Shown here: in pieces, positions 13,604 to 20,271 of the stretch | Position numbering within the stretch: position 1 is the stretch's first letter | How the letters are laid out: each line of letters opens with the position of its first letter | DNA from: a virus | Strand: one strand, 5' to 3' | Virus record (IMG/VR): IMGVR_UViG_3300012924_000006 | Location: 1 to 22,221 of that record | Length of the DNA stretch: 22,221 nucleotides | Notes under the pieces: model-generated | The model's input: the letters and a program-made list of their open reading frames with translations, nothing else | Databases searched by the model: none | Told to the model about the DNA's origin: nothing | Translations under genes and position numbers: made by a program

Positions 13604-13651
13604 GCAGAAGAGCCCTTTACCAAGATTTTACCTAGTAAGGGGCTCTTCTGC
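13604..13651 (+). terminator. Hairpin after the HTH gene (12-bp stem GCAGAAGAGCCC / GGGCTCTTCTGC, 24-nt loop)
   Basis: Perfect inverted repeat 13604-13615 / 13640-13651, 20 nt after the stop. It abuts the -35 of the next promoter. Confidence 0.5.
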
Positions 13652-13680
13652 TTCACATGTAAGAAGAACCATGCTATACT
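13652..13680 (+). promoter_or_regulatory. Sigma-70-type promoter TTCACA-17 nt-TATACT with TGc extension
   Basis: -35 TTCACA at 13652-13657, a 17-nt spacer, -10 TATACT at 13675-13680 preceded by TGc, 41 nt upstream of the RHH gene ATG. Confidence 0.6.
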
Positions 13681-13720
13681 GATATTAATGAAGCAAGAAG
13701 AAGCTACTAAGGAGTTAATT

Positions 13721-13924
13721 ATGGCTAGACCATTGATGATCAGTAAGACCTTCCGTCTAAGAGAAGACATCGTAGAGCAACTGAGCGAAGAAGCCAAGAG
13801 ACTTGAGACTTCAGAAGCAACCATCATGAGACAAGCACTGACTCAGTACCTCAATCCAGAGATGAAGTCCAAGGGCTTTGGAGCCTGGAAGAGAGAAGTA
13901 CCAGTAGTACCCACCATTCGTTAG
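13721..13924 (+). CDS. Ribbon-helix-helix (CopG/Arc/MetJ-type) DNA-binding protein, 67 aa
   Basis: Start set to MARPL (GGAG ttaatt ATG). KTFRLREDIVEQLSEEAKRLETSEATIMRQALTQYL fits a beta-strand-helix-helix pattern. Confidence 0.65.
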   Translation: MARPLMISKTFRLREDIVEQLSEEAKRLETSEATIMRQALTQYLNPEMKSKGFGAWKREVPVVPTIR

Positions 13925-13932
13925 TAAACGAA

Positions 13933-13964
13933 AGAAGGTCCCTAGCAGGAACTAGGGACCTTCT
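13933..13964 (+). terminator. Hairpin (13-bp stem AGAAGGTCCCTAG / CTAGGGACCTTCT, 6-nt loop)
   Basis: Perfect inverted repeat 13933-13945 / 13952-13964, 9 nt after the RHH stop. No downstream T-run. Confidence 0.55.
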
Positions 13965-13999
13965 GGACAAACCATTTCAGCAATTAAGGATGTAAACCA

Positions 14000-14137
14000 A
14001 TGACTTCAGTTCAATACTACCACAGCCTCATCGAGAAGGACGACGACCTGATCTGGGGAGAGATCAATGATCATCTCTTTGGTAATGACTTCGATGATGA
14101 CCTTGACAATCGTATCTTCAACAACTGGGAGCACTGA
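14000..14137 (+). CDS. Micro-ORF, 45 aa, highly acidic (MTSVQYYHSLIEKDDDLIWGEINDHLFGNDFDDDLDNRIFNNWEH)
   Basis: Hand translation. RBS AAGGA 9 nt upstream. Its stop overlaps the next ATG (cTGATGg). Confidence 0.5.
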   Translation: MTSVQYYHSLIEKDDDLIWGEINDHLFGNDFDDDLDNRIFNNWEH

Positions 14138-14307
14138 TGGTGGGCCGTTCTATCAACACCAAGATCGATAACTCTCCCAATGGAGAACTTCTCTGCGGAT
14201 GCTACTCATACACATCAGGCAAAGACACTGTGTATCACCACTGCAAGACACATTGCTACTCACACAGACCATGGTCCAAGGGATCTACACACTGTAGAGG
14301 ATGCTGA
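14137..14307 (+). CDS. Micro-ORF, 56 aa, six-Cys/five-His protein (C-x-C-x13-C-x3-C-x12-C-x2-C)
   Basis: Hand translation MVGRSINTKIDNSPNGELLCGCYSYTSGKDTVYHHCKTHCYSHRPWSKGSTHCRGC. RBS GGGAG cactg ATG. ATGA-type coupling to the upstream ORF. It competes with the 5' half of track ORF 14180..14467, whose ATG has no RBS. Confidence 0.5.
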   Translation: MVGRSINTKIDNSPNGELLCGCYSYTSGKDTVYHHCKTHCYSHRPWSKGSTHCRGC

Positions 14308-14308
14308 C

Positions 14309-14467
14309 ATGGATCTTACAGAGAGAATCCAGCAGCTCTTGTCAAAGGCAAGACATCCTAGTACCATCAACAACCGTCTGGAGATCAGACAGGAGATCCA
14401 GAGACTACAGCAGTTGAGATCACAGGCGGAAGCTGATACTGTACGTCCAACGAACCCCAAGACCTAG
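14309..14467 (+). CDS. Micro-ORF, 52 aa, helical (MDLTERIQQLLSKARHPSTINNRLEIRQEIQRLQQLRSQAEADTVRPTNPKT)
   Basis: Internal ATG of track ORF 14180..14467 with RBS GAGGA tgctgac ATG, 1 nt after the stop of the Cys-rich ORF. Confidence 0.5.
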   Translation: MDLTERIQQLLSKARHPSTINNRLEIRQEIQRLQQLRSQAEADTVRPTNPKT

Positions 14468-14476
14468 GAGAAACCA

Positions 14477-14743
14477 ATGAAGCGTCCCAACCCTTTTCTC
14501 GTGGCTGTTGTCTCAGGTGTTATCGGAGCCCTTGCGGTTCTTGGAACCCTGAGTGTAACGGAAGAGCCTAATAGGGCTCAGGAGTGTCTGTACGCCGCTG
14601 TGAGCGCCTATCCCAGCCTCCCTGTTACAACCTCTCCACTGGAGACTCTGGACGTCTGTAAGGGCCTCTCAGGCCCGCAGAAGCAAGAGCTTAGGGTTAT
14701 GGTGAACGGCTTCCTGGAAAGCGCACTGATCAAGAGCAGTTGA
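14477..14743 (+). CDS. Signal-anchored or secreted small protein, 88 aa
   Basis: RBS AGGAG aaacca ATG. N-terminal KRPNPFLVAVVSGVIGALAVLGTL hydrophobic segment followed by a soluble part with two Cys. Confidence 0.65.
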   Translation: MKRPNPFLVAVVSGVIGALAVLGTLSVTEEPNRAQECLYAAVSAYPSLPVTTSPLETLDVCKGLSGPQKQELRVMVNGFLESALIKSS

Positions 14744-14748
14744 ACGAC

Positions 14749-14788
14749 GAAAGACCCCTTACTGAAATTAATCGGTAAGGGGTCTTTC
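14749..14788. terminator. Bidirectional terminator between convergent early and late operons (14-bp stem GAAAGACCCCTTAC / GTAAGGGGTCTTTC, 12-nt loop)
   Basis: Perfect inverted repeat 14749-14762 / 14775-14788. T-rich (tttctt) on the plus-strand side. Confidence 0.75.
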
Positions 14789-14793
14789 TTAAT

Positions 14794-14811
14794 CTCTAGG
14801 AGATTACTACT
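14794..14811. promoter_or_regulatory. 18-nt element whose minus-strand (late mRNA) reading is the exact complement of the chaperone gene translation-initiation leader
   Basis: Plus 14794-14811 CTCTAGGAGATTACTACT equals the minus-strand reading of 497-480. It therefore sits as AGUAGUAAUCUCCUAGAG in the late-operon 3'UTR, 20 nt after the last stop codon and 5 nt before the terminator hairpin. Confidence 0.4.
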
Positions 14812-14831
14812 CTTCTATTCTACCTCATCTG

Positions 14832-15362
14832 TCAAGTAATTTCTCCAGCCGTTACAACAACGGTAGCTCCAGCAAGTGCCAGTAGTCCATTGTTCTGTAC
14901 TGTGACGGTTACTGTATTGGTATCTGTGATCGCCACAGAAGTGATAGCCAGACTTCCCAGTAGAGAAGAGGCCCCTGCCAGTACCGCAGATGCTTCATAA
15001 GAAGTACCTGACATCGTAGTGTCCAGGTCTACAGCTACGTTAGCAGAGGCAGATGCGAGGATATTAGGAGTCAGAGCGTATCCGGAAGCCAGTACGAGTA
15101 CAGGTGGTGAAGGCAGCTCTACGAATTGTGAAAGGTAGTTAGCGTTGGACCATCCTTGTGGGTCCTGATCAGATACCTCGAACTTGGTGAGCCAGCCATT
15201 AATGTCTACGTGGTTGACTGACTCCTCAAAGTTCTCCCAGGTGAGAGTTGTACCTGTGTCAGAGATCAGTGTAACGGAACCACTGAGCCATGTGTCAATG
15301 ATGTAAGACCCGTTCGTTCCATCGTACTGAATGGATTCCCGGTAAGGGACTACTAGAGCCAT
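14832..15362 (-). CDS. Distal tail / fibre-like protein, 176 aa
   Basis: Start set to MALVVPY (AAGGAA tacaat ATG), 10 nt after the upstream stop; the track N-terminal extension overlaps the previous gene. Ser/Thr/Ala/Val-rich beta composition. Last gene of the tail module. Confidence 0.6.
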   Translation of the reverse strand: MALVVPYRESIQYDGTNGSYIIDTWLSGSVTLISDTGTTLTWENFEESVNHVDINGWLTKFEVSDQDPQGWSNANYLSQFVELPSPPVLVLASGYALTPNILASASANVAVDLDTTMSGTSYEASAVLAGASSLLGSLAITSVAITDTNTVTVTVQNNGLLALAGATVVVTAGEIT

Positions 15363-15372
15363 ATTGTATTCC

Positions 15373-15894
15373 TTATCCGATTCTCTGGTATCTGAACCAG
15401 GAATCTGTGTAGACGACTGTTTCTGTTGCGGATGACGCGTTAGGATTCCATACGAATGTGTGGTTCCCAGCCGTTCCTCCATTGCGGATGATTCCCTGAA
15501 TAGGCGCGCACATGGCCGCATTGGTCACACCATAATACGTGCGAGCCTGAGCAACGTCATTGGACTCAGTACGAATACTGTAACCAGTCGTTGCGGACAC
15601 TCCTGATGTTCCTGATCCAGGAGCAAGTACTCCATACTCTCCAAGGCACCCTGAGGGTACCGTGAAGTCGAAAGCGATGTCAACAGCGGGGTCAGCGATG
15701 TACTTGATCATACCGTCGAATACATAGGTAGCATTTGCTTCCAGTGTAAAGAACAGCTCCGCATCCGCTGTAGGGGTAGTGGTGTTGATTCTTGATTCGT
15801 CAGCCGTCTTACGGACAACCTTTGGGATCATAGCATTCAGCTTATCCGCTGTAATGTCTTCACCACTACCCCACGTTGGGTAACTGTCAGCCAT
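15373..15894 (-). CDS. Minor tail protein, 173 aa (possible receptor-binding accessory)
   Basis: N-terminal YPTWGSGEDITADKLN resembles the start of many actinophage minor tail proteins (recalled pattern, not searched). RBS AAGGAG ttaaat ATG. Confidence 0.55.
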   Translation of the reverse strand: MADSYPTWGSGEDITADKLNAMIPKVVRKTADESRINTTTPTADAELFFTLEANATYVFDGMIKYIADPAVDIAFDFTVPSGCLGEYGVLAPGSGTSGVSATTGYSIRTESNDVAQARTYYGVTNAAMCAPIQGIIRNGGTAGNHTFVWNPNASSATETVVYTDSWFRYQRIG

Positions 15895-15904
15895 ATTTAA
15901 CTCC

Positions 15905-18900
15905 TTATGTGTAAGTAATTCCTAGAGCAGTATAGCTCTTCTTGTACAATTCTACCGTTTTACCTGTGACATGTGTCTTTACCACGCCATTTACTGAACG
16001 GGTCACATTCAATGTCTGATTACTCAAGGCGTTTGTCTGTAGGTTATCCCATGAAAAGACCACAGGAAGGTTGGAAGTAGCAGAAGAAGTAACACTTCGT
16101 ACTCCCACTTGACCTGATGCGGTCAGTGCTGAATCAGTAGCAGAGATAGTCCAGCTACCTGGCTCTGAGTAGCCCGTTCTCCAAGCCTTGGCCTTGAGTG
16201 TTGTACCAATACCCTGGATACGAACAGTGAACTGACGAGCCGCAGCATGAACTTCATCGAGTACGAAAGTACCCAGTACGCCATCCACACCAGCTACACG
16301 CTTACGCAGGGTAAGAGTAGCCACCGCAGTAGTAGCGAACTCCAGTCTTGCGTAGTACATGTTATTGGTATCGGCCCATCTTCCTACAGCATAGGCGAAG
16401 AGGCTTCCTCCAACTGCTAGCTTGTCTGTTGCCACGGTTACCGTAACGTCGAAGTCAGCGTTATTGTATGGAGTCGCCACAGTACTCTGCATAGCCGTAT
16501 TGGCTACTGTCTGAGCATGAGTACCCACACCAGAGCCTACATCGTAGTCAGCAGCGGTTCCACCTGTGTTGGTGTATGCCTGTCCTGTATCCGCAGATCC
16601 CCAGGTATTGACTGAGGTACGGGCAAAGGTATCTGTTACCTGAGCAACAGACGTACAGGTCATTCTCTCCCCGCCAACAACGATATCGAAGTCAACACCA
16701 CTCTGAATCCAGTATGCCTTGTCAGTTGTAGTGCTGACATCAATAGCAGTCTCAGTGGTATCAAGAGCCTCAGCCGTTACAGATACGAGACTGTCAGCCT
16801 TACTACTGGTTGTAGCTGTAGTAATCATTGTCTGTCCCAGATCAAAGACAGATCCGGGAATGGTGTTGAAGACAATGCTGTGCTGGAACTGATCGAATAT
16901 TTCAGTGTATCCAGCAATGATCAGACTCATGTCATCAGGCTGTAGGCGTAGTGGCACATCTTCCAGTGCGATCTTATGACCAATGTCAGCCTTAAGGAAG
17001 CGGTAGATCATATCGGAATCTGCACTGATACGAGGATTCTCCAGAGCAACAGTGATCGTATCTACTCGTAGATCGTCATTCGTACCCACGAAGACTCTCT
17101 GTGTGGTCTGGTACGGAAGGTCTCTGTCTCTGTAGAGGGAGATAGTCTTCTGATCTCTGTATCTTCCAATTCCATCAGGAGGAGAGAGAACAGAACGCTT
17201 ACCACTTGTCTTGACGTATCTGCCCTGAGTACCGAACTCCTTCTCTACAGTGATGTCATTGATACTTCCACGATTATCACGGTAAGGAGAGAAGTTACCA
17301 GAGAGATCATTACCCTCGTAGCTCAATGTCAGCATAGCTGGCTGATTGGCCATAGAGGCAGACGTACGATAACCCATACCTACCACCTGACGTGGCTCGT
17401 ATACGTATCCCATATCCACATCCTGTACTTCCTGAAGAAGAGCTGGATAAGACGTAGCTCCCTGAATACCCATCTCAGGACCACCACTACCGATGTTGTA
17501 GTTGATGATCTCTTCTTCCCATGTCAGACGCTCTGCTCTACGTGCTGCTGGCTCTCGTCTCCACGCATCCATAGGAGTAGTGAACAGACCATCGTACATT
17601 GCGGAACCGTAAGGATAACCATCTGAGTACACACCGTCAAAGGCTGCCACTTGTCCAAGATACACACCATTCATCAGCTTGTTAGGGCTAAGGCGTACCT
17701 CGTAGATTGATCCTGTAACGGTATCAGCTCCAGCCACAAGTGCCCCAGTGTCTACCCATGATCTGTTTGACTGGTTCTCATAGAGAAGGTTGTAGCCTGC
17801 CAGCCATCCTGTGATAGCGATACGGTTGTGCTTGCGATTCATAGGTACAGACAGAGAACCTGAGGTACCTACCTGAACACCAGCAGCATCATGCACGGTA
17901 AGAACCAGAGTGTCTGTTGCTGAATAGGTAAGACGAACAATACGGTCAAGTCCTGTCTGACGTACCTCAGCAATACGTGCGCCATTGGTAATACCATCGG
18001 GAGCATAGATGATAAACTCTGCTACCCAGGAACCTGTTACCGCCCCTGTTACAGGGAAGATAATCATGGAGCCTGTATTGAACTTAGCGGTGCTCTTGGA
18101 GCCGAAGAAAGTGGTATCCGAATTGAATTCCACTGTCCCTGTGACAATTCCAGGACGCTGGTCAACTACACCTGAACCTGACTGTTCTGCCGGATCGGCA
18201 TCAGTATCCACACCTGGAAGAGCATTGTCCTCCATAGGCCAGTACGCTACAGGATGAATAGGTCCAAAGACTCCTCCACCTGCTTCACCAGGAGTGAAGG
18301 CAAGTACTCCAGCAGCAGCCGTGTAGTTACGGTACAGAGATGAGTTCTCCTCTGGAGATCCCTGCTGTACGCGGTTCAGCAATCCTGTTGATTCCACATC
18401 CACGTACATGTAGTCACGCTTGTTATCCGCTGGCTGAGGCCAAGAAGTGATCTCTCCGTGATGACGGTACTTACGGTTGTGACAAAGTACGTAGCCATAC
18501 GCAACCCACAGATGGCTCTGAGAGTCGCTGAAAGAACGGGTACCAGTAGTCTGTGCCGTGAAGTCACAGGAGGCGATTACAGAGCCACTGAGGCTTGTTC
18601 TCATCTCCATTCCATAGATACGTCCACGTGTAGGATGCCAGATAGGTTCGTTTACAGTGATAGAACTAGGATCTCCAGGATCATTAGTAGTAACGTAAGA
18701 CTTGTTCTGAATGAAGTCTTCGTGATACTGAGCCTTGTTGTCAGAGTAGTACGTGGAAGGGAAGCCATCAAGGATAGGCTCAGTCATTCCTACAGTCAGA
18801 GCAGTCAGGTTATCTGAGTTGACTGACGTAGTACCTGCTGTAACAACAGAAGAACCAAGCTGAGTCCATGAACCAGAAATAGTATCCGCTGTGTAGAAGG

Positions 18901-20203
18901 TCACGGTATGTCCAGAAGCACCATTGTTGACGTCCAGTCCTACACGTAGAGCCTGACGGATACGAGTACCCACAGCCTGAGTAGCCATGACATCATGAGC
19001 AGCATTGAAACCTCCTACGCTTTCCACCCAGTAGAGGTGTGGGAATCCCTTGAAGTCGATGTAGAATGTCCATCCTGCTGAGGTAACACCCAGTCCTCCA
19101 CCAGGAAGCAGGGAGTGCTTGGCAGCAAGAACCTGATGCATCTTCCAAGTCTCTGGCTCCACATCTACTCTTACGTCCAGGTCTCCTGCTGTATTCAGAG
19201 CAGCAGCGTGAGAGGTACGGAAACGGGATACATCCTTGGCTACGTTATTGGCCACATCGTAGTATCCAAGAGTTTCCATAGCCACAGTTCCGTAAGCCTT
19301 TGAGATACGGCAGGGAACAGATAGATTCAGATATGGGTAATAGGTACTTGTAGGGTTCAGCACAGAATACTTTGCATCCTGATTATCCAGACGGAAGGTA
19401 GCTACAGAAGGATTGACCTGTCCTCCCTGTGTAGATGTTCCTCTGGTTACCTGTACGCCATTCTCGTACTTGACGTCACCGGTAACATCAGTCCATGTTC
19501 CATTGATCTCAAGCTCCACTACGTTACCTGTAGAAGCCCATGATTCATTAGCAGGTACGGCATCTGCTACGAAGAACTGCCACACCATGGAATTGGTGAT
19601 GGAGTTGGTAGGGTTGGCAACCCATGAACTTGCTACACCAGCAGTAGAGAACTCAGTAGCACCTGACTGTCCACGGTACTGAGTAAGACCAGAGTCTCCA
19701 GACACTACATCGAATACTTCAGTCGCGCCAGTCCATGTAACTGTGTCGGAGGTGGTGTCTCTCCAGGTATAAACAGAGTAACCGATACCATCACGAGAAG
19801 GAGCAATAGGCATAAAGCCTGACTCCCAGGGATCTGTAGATCCTCCACCAGTGAAGGACCATGTGTAGGAATCCAGTCCACCATGACCGGAGAACGTAGT
19901 AATGGACACACCGATGGTTCCTCCACCAGCACCAGGCTGGAAGGACCATACATAGGTGGAAGGCTCTGAAGCTCCTGCTGTCTTGATGTAGGCACGGCTA
20001 CGCAAGGCTGTTGAGTCATCATCAAAAGCCAGAAGTGTCCATCCTGTTGGAGCTGTGAATGTGTCGGCCGTATATCCATGTGTGACAGCAATCATCAGAT
20101 GCCCATTTAGGGTACCTGTTGGCTTGTTGACGGTTACGGAAATGGCATCGGTATTATTGGGGCTAACGGCTGTGGCGGACGCCACTACTGCAACCATAGT
20201 CAT
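15905..20203 (-). CDS. Giant minor tail protein, 1432 aa: Dit-like (distal tail) core split by large lectin-like insertions, plus N- and C-terminal extra domains
   Basis: First gene after the TMP. Dit-like segments: aa ~225-305 (ELEINGTWTDVTGDV...VTRGTS...ATFRLDNQDAKYSVLNP...VPCRI) and aa ~890-1125 (MLTLSYEGNDL...RDNRGSINDITVEKEFG...IIAGYTEIFDQ..HSIVF). LamG-like AYWPMED region at aa ~650-860. The start is probably the ATG at 20197, since AAGGAG is only 1 nt from the 20203 ATG. Confidence 0.75.
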   Translation of the reverse strand: MTMVAVVASATAVSPNNTDAISVTVNKPTGTLNGHLMIAVTHGYTADTFTAPTGWTLLAFDDDSTALRSRAYIKTAGASEPSTYVWSFQPGAGGGTIGVSITTFSGHGGLDSYTWSFTGGGSTDPWESGFMPIAPSRDGIGYSVYTWRDTTSDTVTWTGATEVFDVVSGDSGLTQYRGQSGATEFSTAGVASSWVANPTNSITNSMVWQFFVADAVPANESWASTGNVVELEINGTWTDVTGDVKYENGVQVTRGTSTQGGQVNPSVATFRLDNQDAKYSVLNPTSTYYPYLNLSVPCRISKAYGTVAMETLGYYDVANNVAKDVSRFRTSHAAALNTAGDLDVRVDVEPETWKMHQVLAAKHSLLPGGGLGVTSAGWTFYIDFKGFPHLYWVESVGGFNAAHDVMATQAVGTRIRQALRVGLDVNNGASGHTVTFYTADTISGSWTQLGSSVVTAGTTSVNSDNLTALTVGMTEPILDGFPSTYYSDNKAQYHEDFIQNKSYVTTNDPGDPSSITVNEPIWHPTRGRIYGMEMRTSLSGSVIASCDFTAQTTGTRSFSDSQSHLWVAYGYVLCHNRKYRHHGEITSWPQPADNKRDYMYVDVESTGLLNRVQQGSPEENSSLYRNYTAAAGVLAFTPGEAGGGVFGPIHPVAYWPMEDNALPGVDTDADPAEQSGSGVVDQRPGIVTGTVEFNSDTTFFGSKSTAKFNTGSMIIFPVTGAVTGSWVAEFIIYAPDGITNGARIAEVRQTGLDRIVRLTYSATDTLVLTVHDAAGVQVGTSGSLSVPMNRKHNRIAITGWLAGYNLLYENQSNRSWVDTGALVAGADTVTGSIYEVRLSPNKLMNGVYLGQVAAFDGVYSDGYPYGSAMYDGLFTTPMDAWRREPAARRAERLTWEEEIINYNIGSGGPEMGIQGATSYPALLQEVQDVDMGYVYEPRQVVGMGYRTSASMANQPAMLTLSYEGNDLSGNFSPYRDNRGSINDITVEKEFGTQGRYVKTSGKRSVLSPPDGIGRYRDQKTISLYRDRDLPYQTTQRVFVGTNDDLRVDTITVALENPRISADSDMIYRFLKADIGHKIALEDVPLRLQPDDMSLIIAGYTEIFDQFQHSIVFNTIPGSVFDLGQTMITTATTSSKADSLVSVTAEALDTTETAIDVSTTTDKAYWIQSGVDFDIVVGGERMTCTSVAQVTDTFARTSVNTWGSADTGQAYTNTGGTAADYDVGSGVGTHAQTVANTAMQSTVATPYNNADFDVTVTVATDKLAVGGSLFAYAVGRWADTNNMYYARLEFATTAVATLTLRKRVAGVDGVLGTFVLDEVHAAARQFTVRIQGIGTTLKAKAWRTGYSEPGSWTISATDSALTASGQVGVRSVTSSATSNLPVVFSWDNLQTNALSNQTLNVTRSVNGVVKTHVTGKTVELYKKSYTALGITYT

Positions 20204-20218
20204 TCTCCTTAAAGTAGT

Positions 20219-20250
20219 AGAGGGAGAAAGCCCTAAGACTCTCTCCCTCT
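20219..20250 (-). other. Inter-cistronic hairpin between the TMP and the giant tail gene (9-bp stem AGAGGGAGA / TCTCCCTCT, 14-nt loop)
   Basis: Perfect inverted repeat 20219-20227 / 20242-20250. No T-run, so the function is unclear (mRNA processing or stability?). Confidence 0.35.
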
Positions 20251-20271
20251 ATTCTAACGTATATTGTACAT

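Noticed and set aside
14180-14467. 95-aa plus-strand ORF from the track treated as a single gene
   Set aside because: Its ATG has no Shine-Dalgarno, and its N-terminal 43 aa are T/H/A-rich low complexity. The same DNA in another frame gives a six-Cys protein with its own RBS and ATGA coupling, and an internal ATG at 14309 has its own RBS. I kept the split model, but only at 0.5 confidence.
14812-15012. Possible plus-strand gene starting after the SD-like AGGAGATTACTACT at 14799-14812 (open frame of ~67 codons)
   Set aside because: No ATG, GTG or TTG lies at the expected spacing (CTT follows). The open frame is antisense to a Thr/Ala/Val-rich tail gene, where antisense frames stay open by composition. 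I treated the 18-mer as an RNA-level element instead.
15363-15521. N-terminal 53-aa extension of track ORF 14832..15521, and likewise the 17-aa extension of 502..975
   Set aside because: The extensions overlap the preceding gene's 3' end and have no RBS. The internal ATGs (15362 and 924) lie just after the upstream stops, and the 15362 ATG also has a good Shine-Dalgarno site.
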